Positions 12,973 to 23,702 of a stretch of DNA of 64,000 bases are shown piece after piece. The first letter of the stretch is position 1. Every line of letters starts with the position of its first letter. The DNA is taken from the NCBI GenBank assembly GCA_964016885.1, contig OZ024740.1, positions 396,738,001-396,802,000 of the forward strand, written 5' to 3'. The translations under genes were made by a program, and so were the position numbers. Below the pieces are notes generated by a model. That model was not told where the DNA came from. It searched no databases and was given only the letters and a program-made list of their open reading frames with translations. This DNA comes from Eledone cirrhosa. Its lineage: Eukaryota.

Positions 12973-13600
12973 TATCATCATCATAGTTTTTATGTTCATT
13001 TCTCTATGCTTGGACAGATCCTTTTCAGCACAACATCTCCGAACTCATCATGATCCTTCGTCATAACTGAGTTTCAGCAATTGAAGATCAGCTTTCAACT
13101 CTTCTGCCCAGATCTTCGTTAGCCTGCATCTACTGTGGTTTCCTTTCACTGGGATTTCTTGGTACTTCTTGACCCAATGATCACCATCCATGCACATCAC
13201 ATGTCCATATTAACACACCCTTTTCTCTTGCTCACTACTTCTGATTCCTCTTATACTAGTTCATTCAAGCTCTTTCATTCTCTTACATTAACATTGCACA
13301 TCCATCGAAGTATATTTGCTTCATTTCTTTTCAGCATGTGTATTTCCTCCACAGTCACTACCCATGTGTCACAGAATTCTAGGAGTCTCACTGCCTCTTC
13401 ATTTCTTTAGCCATATCCATATCCACTGTGTACTCCAATGAATCCACCTTGATGCTGCCCAACATGTCCATTGAAGTTGCCAGCCAGAATGATGAGGTCT
13501 CTGTCATCAGTAACAGAGGTTGACTGTAAAAGGTAATCATAGAAATGGTCCTTTTATTCTTGACACCATCCTGCTTGTGGTGCATTGGTAGAGGTTATTG
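12973..13600 (-). mobile_element. Decayed, internally deleted RTE LINE (3' end joined to an endonuclease-region fragment)
   Basis: (CAT)n tail at ~12975; tgcacatcacatgtccata block as at 5377-5396; 13390-13590 translates to an APE-region-like AGNFNGHVG...HGYG. Confidence 0.7.
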
Positions 13601-14109
13601 TCACAATAAACAATTATACTTAATTATAATGAATAATTCAATGAGGAAATCCTTGAGTGTTTCTAAGTTACATTCAGAAATATTCTAGTACTATCTTATA
13701 ATATTTTTCTCTACATATTTTAACTATTGACTCTAATGTCATTGCTGAGTCTGGCCATCTTAGACATAATGTAAATTTCATCCTTTCCTTCTTCCCTCTC
13801 CCCTTCTTTGCCTCTCCTAAACACCCACTATGCTGGTATATCTTATGTGATGGCTGTTAAGGCCTATTTGAGAGTAATACTTCTTATCACAGTTGTCACA
13901 GATGGAAACTGAGTCATTGTGTAGAGTTGATGCTATCCATCTTTATCTTTTAAATATCCAAAATTGATTTCAATTGTATTTTACTTTTTTCATTCTGGCT
14001 TTCACAACATATTCCCAGGATAAATAGTTTGAAGTTGTACTACGACTCAATTTCAATATGTAAATCCATATATCTCAAATAGGGGTGACCTGTTCGATGT
14101 GATATGTAC

Positions 14110-14193
14110 TCAGAATGACAAGGCAATAGATACCAAAAATATTCCAATGATCACACCACCCTGCAGGCATATTGTTACATGGTTGGAGAGAAC
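14110..14193 (-). CDS. Candidate terminal coding exon of an unidentified host gene (hydrophobic C-terminus)
   Basis: Acceptor ...gacacacag|, then GTT CTC...TTC TGA = VLSNHVTICLQGGVIIGIFLVSIALSF*. Phase 0, compatible with exon 14273-14329 across a 79-bp GT-AG intron. Confidence 0.35.
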   Translation of the reverse strand, partial: VLSNHVTICLQGGVIIGIFLVSIALSF

Positions 14194-14272
14194 CTGTGTG
14201 TCAATTCAATTTAGTTGCAAAATTTTACATCAAGATATAAATCAGGGATATACACGTTTTGAATTATCTTAC

Positions 14273-14329
14273 TTGTAACAATGTTAAAGATTCCCTAGTT
14301 TTGGCATCTTTCCATTTAATACAAGTGGT
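14273..14329 (-). CDS. Candidate internal coding exon (57 bp, phase 0-0)
   Basis: Branch-like tgctaac, T-rich tract and ctgcag| acceptor; donor |gtaaga. The only open frame reads TTCIKWKDAKTRESLTLLQ. Confidence 0.4.
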
Positions 14330-14769
14330 CTGCAGTGGTATAAAATCAATAAACAATTGGTTAGCAGTCATGAATTTAACCCTTCCCCAAACTTCCCACC
14401 CACACTCACACATACACTTACAGACATTATGTATACATATTTGTCTGATGATTTTTATTTACACAATAATTTATATAAAATGGTGAAGGTTTGTCTATAT
14501 AAAGATTTTCTGATGATTGTTAGGTTTTTCAAGCATTACTGCTATCTTTATGTGATTAGATATATAAGTGAATACACTGATAGAGCTTATCTATAGAGAG
14601 ATGGCATATCTTCCCAAAGTGTGTTAGTTGCATGTATTATAGAGCTTCAAAAGGCATGAAATAATGGATAAATAAATTTATTTATTGTAAGTAAAGGACA
14701 TCTTTATAATTTGTTATAAAATTAGTGTTTTACATATGTTATCAGTCAATCTAAAATATTATTACTCAC

Positions 14770-14825
14770 CTCATATTTGCAGATATGTATATCATAGGAC
14801 AGTATATACATTACAAGTATGTACA
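14770..14825 (-). CDS. Candidate internal coding exon (56 bp)
   Basis: Acceptor atatttag| and strong donor GAG|gtgagt. The frame xYILVMYILSYDIHICKYE is open and ends in phase 0. Confidence 0.28.
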
Positions 14826-15103
14826 CTAAATATGTATTTATGTATGTCAATTTAGTATTGAAGATTGTGAGAATAAGTACTCAATACCATAGTAGAGATT
14901 AATATTTTCTATTTTGAAAAAAGAAGTTCTTTTATAATGATTGAAAAGTATCTATCTGTAGGTTAATGGGTGCAAGAAAAGGCAAAACGGGTGGACAAAC
15001 GAACCACTGCCAGAGCAAAAGATAACAAGGTCAAGTTTGAGTTTCGTTGTTCTAGAGTTTCTCCTGTGTACTCAACAGTAACAAGCCTCAAGCTTCATCT
15101 TAA

Positions 15104-15145
15104 CACACATACAAACATACATACATACATACATACATACATACA

Positions 15146-15176
<31 letters not shown>
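15104..15176. repeat. (ACAT)n microsatellite
   Basis: Direct reading. Confidence 0.97.
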
Positions 15177-15224
15177 GTGCATATATATTTAGGCAGATAT
15201 ATAAATAGGGGTAATGAAAAATTC

Positions 15225-15372
15225 CTGTTATAGTTTACGACCCTTTACAGTTTGAGTTCAAATCCCGCTGAGGTTAACTTTGCCTTTCATCCTTATGGGG
15301 TCAATAAAATAAAGCACCAGTAATACACTGAGATAATTGCTGGCCTTGTGCCAAAAGTAGAAACAATTATTT
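15225..15372 (+). mobile_element. tRNA-derived SINE, 5'-truncated
   Basis: B box gagttcaaatccc, central domain gaggttaactttgcctttcatcc..ggggtc, tail tgctggccttgtgccaaaagtagaaacaattatt. Reverse-complement match to 33698-33885. Confidence 0.8.
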
Positions 15373-16009
15373 TATGTCTGTGACCAGACAGGTTAGATTA
15401 GTATCTTGTTTGTTACATTCCATACTTGGAATGGTTTCTATGGCTGAGTGCCCTTAATAATTAAATTTAAACTTACATTTACACAAAGTATTATTACATT
15501 CTACATTGTTTGTACTAGGAGAATCACCACCCCCTGATGCATGTTCTCCTATTTATGAAGGTTTCTGTACCCTGGCTATATTGGTGGGAGCAATACACTT
15601 AGTCAATCCAGTCATGCCAGTTAGTTATCAGAGTAGAGGCAGATAAAAAGTAGAAACTGGCCCTTAATGCTAGGTATTAAGCACGGGGCAAATAACACCC
15701 CATAAAATATTGTTGCATTTCAGAAACTGTGACAAATGCAAACCCGATGAAAGCAGATACTGACAGCTTTATGTTTCACAGGAAACAATAATTATTCAAT
15801 AAGAATATTTCAGGTAATGTTAATTTACCTATGTACATGTAAGTGAAATACTGCCAACCCTTTCTCTGGAGTTTTATACAGAGATTATATACAATGATTA
15901 GATGAATTTGTGCCAGCATCTGTGGTTTACAAATGATTTATGTTTAAAATAGTTGGTTAAAAATAAGCAGTATATGGGTTATATAAAAGGAAAACTTGGC
16001 ACCAGATGA

Positions 16010-17051
16010 ATTGGATGTAATGTGCAAGAGAGAAGACTGCTGGTATGGACATGTGATGTGTATGGAGGATACCGGCTGGATAAAGAAATGCAGAGAAATC
16101 CAAGTGACTGGAACCCAAGGAAAAGGCTGACCCAGAAAGACATGGGATTAGGTGATGAAGAGTGGCCTAGAAAATCTAAGCATCACAACTAAGATGGTAA
16201 TGGATCAAAGGGCTGGTGCTATGCTGTGATGATGAAGACACAGCCACAAGCATACAATATGACCTGACTGCTCAATGTACCCATCCCCTTCTCTCTCCCC
16301 AGCATCTATCCTCACCCCTACTGCACCCACCACCCATGCCCCCTCAAGAAACACTCTTTAACCCCCTCTAAAGCCCTTAGATATCCTAACCATTGAACTC
16401 AAGTAACTACTCTTTCTACCCTTTGTTCATCCCCCATTACCACCCCTTATCTATCACTCCATATGCCCTCTATACCACTATATCTTCTCTCCCCATACAC
16501 TAATCAGCTACCCCTACCTCTTACCCATCTCACCATCATGCACCTCCCAACCCTATTGACCACATCTCTCATATCACTACATTCCCCTCCTGTCCCTTAC
16601 TTATTACTCTGCTAAATCACCACATACACATAAAACTTCGTACCTATCTCCTTCCCTTATTTCCCCACCTCCCCAGAGAGGGCTCTACAGTTGGGTCTAT
16701 GACCCCAAACCTCTCTAGTAATGGTGCCATGAAAATGTACCTGGTATACTCAGTGCTGGAGATCTACACAATAAAATCACTGAGTCCATGCTCAAAGTGT
16801 TTGGTGTTAGGAACAGCATCCAGTTATAGAAAGATTGCTAAACAAGGAGTTTGAAGGACCCTTCCATTTGTGTCAAAAGGCACGACAACTTCTCCTCTGC
16901 AATCACTAGAATGTATGACCATACATAAGCAGGATACAGACCCCTTGGCCTATCTTGGAGGTCAGTAGTCATACTTCAGTACTGACCTGGTCTCTATAGA
17001 ACCATCCAACTATTGCCAGCAGGGAAAGTGGATGTTAAATGATGATGATGA
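16010..17051 (+). mobile_element. RTE LINE 3' fragment with long pyrimidine-rich 3' UTR and (GAT)n tail
   Basis: VQERRL.WYGHVMCMED..WIKKCREIQVTGTQGKG at 16020-16130; ends agggaaagtggatgttaaatgatgatgatg at 17050. Confidence 0.8.
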
Positions 17052-17222
17052 AAGTTTATAATTAGTCTTTAGGTAAATCACCATAACCTATTATGAATAG
17101 TAGTGGAATTTCCATCAAATCATCATAAAAAATGAAAAATACATCCAACAATGTAGTTTTTTATTCACAAAAAGACATAATATAATCATCATTTAATGTT
17201 CATTTTCCTTCCTAGAAAAGGG

Positions 17223-17302
17223 TATGTATGTATGTATGTATGTATGTATGTATGTATGTATGTATGTATGTATGTATGTATGTATGTATGTATGTATGTA
17301 TG
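17223..17302. repeat. (TATG)n perfect microsatellite, ~20 units
   Basis: Direct reading. Confidence 0.97.
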
Positions 17303-17645
17303 TTATCTCTTTCTCTTAATTTCGAGTATATTTTTTTGACCGGCCACCTGCCTGGTGGCAAGGTTGTAAAAGAAAAGAAATTGTCATCCCTTGAATCGCA
17401 AGAATGTTTTGCAAATTTTGAAGGTGCCAGCTATCGCAGCCATTTGTAGACTATGAATTAGGGAGCTGCGCTTTTTGTCCGCAAATCCAAGTTCAGTCAT
17501 ACTTTGGTCCAAGCGGGTTGGTATATAACCCGTAGCTCCAATAATGATGGGTATGAAGCTAAAGGTGTATCTTGGATACTGGATTTGTAAACTCCTCATC
17601 AATGGTCCGTAGGTGTCCTCCTTCTCCTGTATTTTGTGTTTACTC
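17303..17645 (-). mobile_element. 3' end of an RLE-encoding non-LTR retrotransposon (R4/Dong- or NeSL-like)
   Basis: Uninterrupted minus frame KIQEKEDTYGPLMRSLQIQYPRYTFSFIPIIIGATGYIP...LQMAAIAGTFKICKTFL matches the K..KY..L...P(I/V)(I/V)(I/V)GA.G C-terminus of restriction-like endonucleases. A short 3' UTR abuts (CATA)n. Confidence 0.75.
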
Positions 17646-17777
17646 TGGACTTAATGTTTTTAACTTTTGATCCAGTGAGTGCTTTGTGATTGCCTCAAAC
17701 AAATTGAATAGCACTTGCTATACAATAGCACTTGCTATACAATAGCTAAAACTTCGATTTACAACTATTATATATAT

Positions 17778-18111
17778 GGAGGCACATGGCTTAGTGGTTA
17801 GAGCATTGGCCTTGCAATCGAAAGGTTGTGAGTTCAATTCTCAGACCGGGTGATGTGTTGTTTCCTTGAGCAAGACACTTTATTTCACATTGCTCCAGTT
17901 TACTCAGCTGTAGAAATGAGATGATAGGACTGGGGTCCCTATCATTCCACTGCAAAGTGGTCATGGAGGTGCCACGGCAAAAAAGCACCCAGTACTCACT
18001 GTAAATGAGGTTGGTGTTAGGAAGGGCATCCAGCTGTAGAAATCAAGCCAGAATCAGTTCCCGTCCCACCCTTGCAAGTAGGGAAAAAGCGGACGTAAAA
18101 ATGAAAATGAT
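17778..18111 (+). mobile_element. Full-length young composite SINE (tRNA head, CORE-like domain, RTE-type tail)
   Basis: A box tggcttagtgg, B box gagttcaattc, ccttgagcaagacactt CORE-like block, tail ggtgttaggaagggcatccagctgtagaaa...aaatga. Confidence 0.9.
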
Positions 18112-18165
18112 AACCCATGCTAGTGTGGAAAACGACGTTAATGATATATATATATATATATATAT

Positions 18166-18503
18166 ATCATCATCATCATCATTTTATGTCCACTTTTCCC
18201 TGCTTGCAAGGGTGGGACGGGAACTGATTTTGGCTTGATTTCTATAGCTGGATGCCCTTCCTAACACCAACCTCATTTACAGTGAGTGCTGGGTGGTTTT
18301 TGCCGTGGCACCTACACGACCACTTTGCAGTGGAATGATAGGGACCCCAGTCCCTATCATCTCATTTCTACAGCTGAGTAAACTGGAGCAATGTGAAATA
18401 AAGTGTCTTGCTCAAGGAAACAACACATCACTCGGTCTGAGAATTGAACTCACAACCTTTCGATTGCAAGGCCAATGCTCTAACCACTAAGCCATGTGCC
18501 TCC
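18166..18503 (-). mobile_element. Full-length young composite SINE, inverted copy of 17778-18111
   Basis: Reverse complement of the left copy with few mismatches; (GAT)n tail at 18166-18182. Confidence 0.9.
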
Positions 18504-18929
18504 ATATATAATACATACACCAGGAGAAAATTGCCAGGAGTGCAATCTTTTTCTAGTTTTAATAACAGATTTTAAATTCATGCTTATTTGAATTATTGGT
18601 GTATTCTTTCATTATTCAACATTGAAAGAGATGGAGGATGTAATTAGGAAATATAATGACAAAGATAATTTGATCAAGCTAAAAATTTCTGTTCTATCAA
18701 TGATCCACGAGAAACTATTGATATAAATATCCACATCTTTAAGGAGGTATATAACAAAAAAAAGTCTCATGTAGTTAGTCTTTTCAGTATTTATAATTAC
18801 TAAATTCAACAAACAAATTGAATTATGCAGACTAATAACTAATAAATTGAATGAAGATTAACAAATAACAAACTGAAGTGTCAGATTATCAATTGAATAG
18901 TCACATATAAACAATTGAGTTATTGTAGT

Positions 18930-19158
18930 ATTAGTACAATATTACAAATCATTTTGAAAATCATCAAGAATTTGAAGAGATTTAAAAATATAACCAAATT
19001 TCTCATCATTAAGTTGGTATTTGGAACATAACTTAACAATTGTTCTTACATAAAATTATGATGGAAGGTTTTTCGATAAATATAAAATCTTTAAAATGAG
19101 CATTTTTGTATCATAGAAGCAAATGTGGTTTCAGGGGGTTTGGTTTTGAAAGGGTTAA
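18930..19158 (+). mobile_element. TTAA MITE family A copy
   Basis: Ends ...gaaagggTTAA; internal sequence shared with 31225-31451. Confidence 0.65.
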
Positions 19159-20554
19159 TGAAATATATAGAGAACATACTGTATCCATAGAATTATTTTT
19201 AGGATACTATAAATAAACTACTCTCTCCCATAAGTAATTATTAAAATTCTACAAGTCAAAAGTCCTGAATTAAGATATTACGACTCACAGTTCATGAGTC
19301 CCCTATCTGGCTTCATGACTACATCTAGAGTTTCTTGAAAAACAATATTTGAGTGGATAAAGCATTGGGCTACTTGTTTATAGGTTGTGGGTACATAGTT
19401 TTTTAACAGGATACTTTATTCTGCATTGCTTCAGGTCACTTAGCTATCAGAAACACCAAATCAATCTGGAAATGTTATCTATGATAGACTATTATTGTAT
19501 AAGCTACTAAATATCCTGAAAGTTGTATTGTATCAGAGCTTGTATGCTATGGGGAGATGAGTGCTGACAGTTAAAAAACTTTCATTGAGAGGGAGTATTT
19601 TGTAAATGATAGAATTGAGTTTACAGGTTCTTGTATGTATGTATTAAGACACTCTCTAGAAGGTCACTCTGATATAAAACCTGCAACTTTGTTGGCATCT
19701 AATGATGTAGACCAGTTCTTCTTTTTTGGGCAAATGCATTCAATGTTCAGAGAGTGGGATTGGCCTCAATCAAAGCCTTTCCTCACTTAAAATAGCTTAA
19801 AGAACAGGTATCACTTAATATGTGACATTTTTTGCGATGCACGGTATTGCTGGCCATAGGCAAGTCCCTAGCAGGACTAAAAAGCCATGTCCATGATGCT
19901 CATGCTTAAGTATCAAGCGATGGTATTACTTGAAATCAAGTTGTGGTCATCATGTATGTATGTGTGTATATGTGTGTGTGTGTGTGTGTATATATGTATC
20001 TGTTATATCTGGATTCGTGGGAGCGCCATAGTGACATATGATGTTTCTTGGGCACTTTTTAAACTTGGCTGAGCCGATTTCCTCTTTATGTCTGAACACA
20101 GCTGATTTCTTTCACAGAAAAAGAGAGAGAGTGATTGATAGAGAAGAAGTGAGATGTGAAGGAAGAATCAACCCCCAATACTGGACTGCTACTTTTTTTT
20201 TTATTGACCTAGAAAAGAAGAAATGCAAAGATTTTAACTGAGAGCACAAAGAGCTAGAACATTATATTACAGAGCATTCTATCTGATGTTCTAATGACTC
20301 TTCCAATGCATCGCAGATACAGGTTCTAAAACTTCTATATTAATACTACTATAGCTAAATTGTTCATATGACTTTCCATTGACAATTCAGTTAATTAGCA
20401 TTATGGATTTAGAAAAGACAGCTGTTATAGTAGAATGCAAACTGTTGTAAAGAAATCAGTATTATTAAATAAAGAAGGAGGAGGAGAGAGATCACAAGTA
20501 GGCTGTTAGAGAAGAGAGATTTTATGTGACAGATGTACAAGAGTAATTTGCAGT

Positions 20555-20768
20555 AAGAATAAATTATTTCAATTGCTAAGAAGACTCACTAAAACTAGTT
20601 GACAGCTTTTGCTACCTAGGTAAAATTATTAGCAATGGGGTTGGATATACTAAAAGCATAGTAACTAGAATAGGAACAGGGTGAGAAAAGTTCAAGGGGC
20701 TGTTATCTCTGCTGGTAACAAAAGGTTTTTCTCTCAAAGTGAAATATAGATTGTATGATGTTTATATT
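20555..20768 (+). mobile_element. Old RTE LINE fragment, left half (interrupted by the CR1)
   Basis: Translation VDSFCYLG...SIVTRI...EKFKGLLSLLVTKGFSLKVKYRLYD; continues at 25347. Confidence 0.7.
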
Positions 20769-20879
20769 TAATAATAATAATAATGAAATTATTGTGTAAA
20801 GTGCTCAGGTGCACTACAACTCGTCAATATAGTACATAGAATAATACACAAATGTCAGGGAAGTACATGTGTGTATGTG

Positions 20880-23702
20880 TTAGCTGTAGTGTTGGCGGAT
20901 CTCGGGAAGCATGGAGGCCTTAAAGGATGCAGTGTCTCGACAGCTAACAACTGATGCAGGTAGTTTGTTCCATGCTTCAGCAACTCTGAGCGTGAAAAAA
21001 TGTTTCCGAAAGTCATGGGAACTGTGCTGTTTTCTTACTTTGTGGGCATGTCCACGTGTGTTAGACACATGGAAATGGAAAAGGTACTCAGCGTTGTTGT
21101 TGGCAACATGGTTAACAATTTTGTGGGTGTTTACCAAGTCAGTTGCCAGGCGTCGGAGCTTCAATGAATCCATGCGCAGGGAAGCAAGGCGCTCAGAGTA
21201 TGGTAGATGCCTGATGAAGGGTATTCGCTTGGTTGCACGTCTCTGAACAGTTTCCAGGCGGTCAATGTCCTGAGCAAGATAGGGGTTCCAGACGGGTGAT
21301 GCAAATTTTAAGTGTGGTCGCACCATAGCTGTATACAGCCTTAAATAGATATCTGGAGAGCGGCTGACAAAGGTCTTGCTGAGTGATGCTAAGACACCCT
21401 CGGCCCTCTTGACAATTTTAGAGACGTGCCTCGTCCAACGCAAATCGCTGCTGACCGTAATGCCCAAGTCACGTTCACAGGAAGACTTCTTGATATTAGT
21501 GCTGTGGAGGGAGTATGTGGACGCTGGGTTTTTACTCCCAAAATGCATGGTGGTGCACTTGTCCACAGCTAGCTTGAGTTGCCAGCCTGAGATCCACTGT
21601 TGCATTGTGTCCAGGTCAGACTGCAAGCAAGATCTATAGTGTTCAGGATCTGTCCTTTTTATCTCAAGGTACAGCTTGATGTCGTCTGCGTACTTTAGTA
21701 CTGTGGCATTCCTTAAGTTGGCATCTATGTCATTAATATATGCCACAAACAAAAGGGGGCCAAGAACAGATCCCTGTGGTACACCAGATGACATCTCATA
21801 TGGTGAGGAATGCTGTCCCAGAACCGTGACTACCTCTCTTCGACTGAGAATGAAGGACTTCAACCAGTTAAAAAGATCATCCTTCACACCCATTGCAGAG
21901 AGTTTTGCCATAAGCCTTTTGTGTGGCACAGAATTGAAGGCCTTCGCAAAGTCAAGGTAAACAACATCCACCCATGAGCTGCCATCAGTGATCCGGGTGA
22001 TGTCCTCAAGAAACTCTATAAGTTGATCACAGCAGCTGGAGTTGGGGATAAATCCAAATTGCGAGGGCCGGATAAGACTGTGAGAACTCCAGAAGTTCCA
22101 AAGTGTTTCTCTGACACAGGGTTCCATCAGTTTGGCGATGCAACTAGTAAGACTGACTGGACGATAGTTCACAGGTGATGTGCGGTCACCCTTTTTGAAC
22201 AGAGGAATGACACTGGCAGTTTTCCACTGTTCTGGAGTAGCACTGTTGTTCAGACAGAATTGGAAGAAGCGTGATAACTGGTGTAGAAGGAAGTACCCAC
22301 CACGTTTAAGAAGCAGGTACGTAACACCATCAAGACCAAGAGAGGCATGGTTGCGTTTATTTTTTAGGTGATGTCGCAGCATTGCAGGTGTAAATTCTAT
22401 GGTTGTAATAGAGGCCGGTGTCATAGGTGGTGGAGATGGTACACTCTGGTCTTCAATAGTGAAAATGCCTGCATAGCATTCAGCAATGAGCTCTGCGCAT
22501 TCCTTGGGGTCGTCAGTAACCTGGCTTGTGTGGGGATTGCGAAGAGGACCAACTGGAGAGTGAGGCCTCTGCTTTGAGTGAACATACTTCCAGAACACCT
22601 TACTGTCAGGGCTGGTTGCTATGCGCTGCTCAAATTGAAGCACTGCCTTTTTTGTCACCTGTTTGAGGTGGTTGGACGATCTATTTCGCCTCTTCCTATT
22701 AATGTCTGATTTGTGAAGTTTGTACTCACGTTCAGCATTGCGCCGTTCTTTTCTGCCAAGACGGACTGCTGCAGTCTCCCAAATTGCGCTTTTGGGATGT
22801 TTTTTCCGCTTACGTGGCACCGATGCTGCACATGCTGTCCATATTGAGCTCAGGATGTTCTGGAGTACAGTGTTGACATCTCCAGAGTCGTAGAACTCAA
22901 GCCAGTTTGGCCGTTGCAACTCGGTGCAGTAACAGTTCCAGTCTGCTTTATTCCAGTCAAAGTGAGCAGTTTGGAGATGGTTGTGGTTCTTGTTACTGCC
23001 CATGAGGGATAGATTGGCAATGATCATAGCATGATCAGAGTCACCTAAAGGTTCCTCAGCAGTAACACTAATGACCGTTTCAGGAGTAGTGGTGAAGAGT
23101 AGGTCCAAAGTGTTGTCACCTCTCGTTGGGGAGGTGACCACCTAGGACCAACTCGAGTCCAGCACCAGCTCAAGGAAGTCATTTGCACTTGGCGGCCAAC
23201 GAAAGGTCTCCCAGTCAATCTCAGGGTGATTGAAGTCACCTGCAATGAAAACATAAGTGGCTGTCTTCCTGGCAGCAGCTCTGAGGATATCACAAAGTTG
23301 AGTGTCCTGATGGTAATTTGGGGGACGGTAAACGACTCCAAGTAGCAGTGTTGACATGGTCATACGTATATCGCAGAAAAAAACTTCCTGCTGTGATTGG
23401 TTCAAATCAGCACAAGGAATTGCCGACAGATTTGACCGAACGTAGACCATTACACCACGACGATTAATACGGTCTTTACGAAACAGGTTGTAGCCAGTCA
23501 TGCTGAAAACCCCATCACAGAGTAAGGGATGTGCCCAAGTTTCTGTGACTGTAATGAAGTCCGGGTTGATACTTTTGACGTAGGAGTCAAAAAGATGAAT
23601 CTTATTGCATAGACTACGTGCATTCAAGGACAACAATTTGTACTTTGATTCCAGTCTATGATTATGTGCAGGGGATGACAGGTTGTTCTGATTTAGTTTC
23701 CC
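20880..23702 (-). pseudogene. CR1 ORF2: APE endonuclease plus reverse transcriptase, with one in-frame TAG at 23142-23144
   Basis: APE motifs NARS, TETW, VYRPP, GDFN, TLDL and SDH; RT motifs NYRPVSLTS, YLDFAKAFNSV, GVPQGSVLGPLLF, YADD (21681-21692) and ERDLG; CR1 C-terminus LETVQRRATK...FF..RV..AWN.LP. ORF-track entries 23142..23636 and 20880..23141 are in the same frame and contiguous. Confidence 0.95.

Noticed and set aside
14970-17449. ORFs with HTYI / MYVC repeats
   Set aside because: Translations of (ACAT)n and (TATG)n microsatellites.
17778-17850. tRNA gene
   Set aside because: A and B boxes are present, but the sequence continues into CORE and RTE-tail domains and is repeated; it is a SINE head.
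18590-18750. Coding-looking stretch LKEMEDVIRKYNDKDNLIKLK / INDPRETIDINIHIFKE|gt
   Set aside because: The two pieces are in different frames with flanking stops and there is no convincing acceptor.
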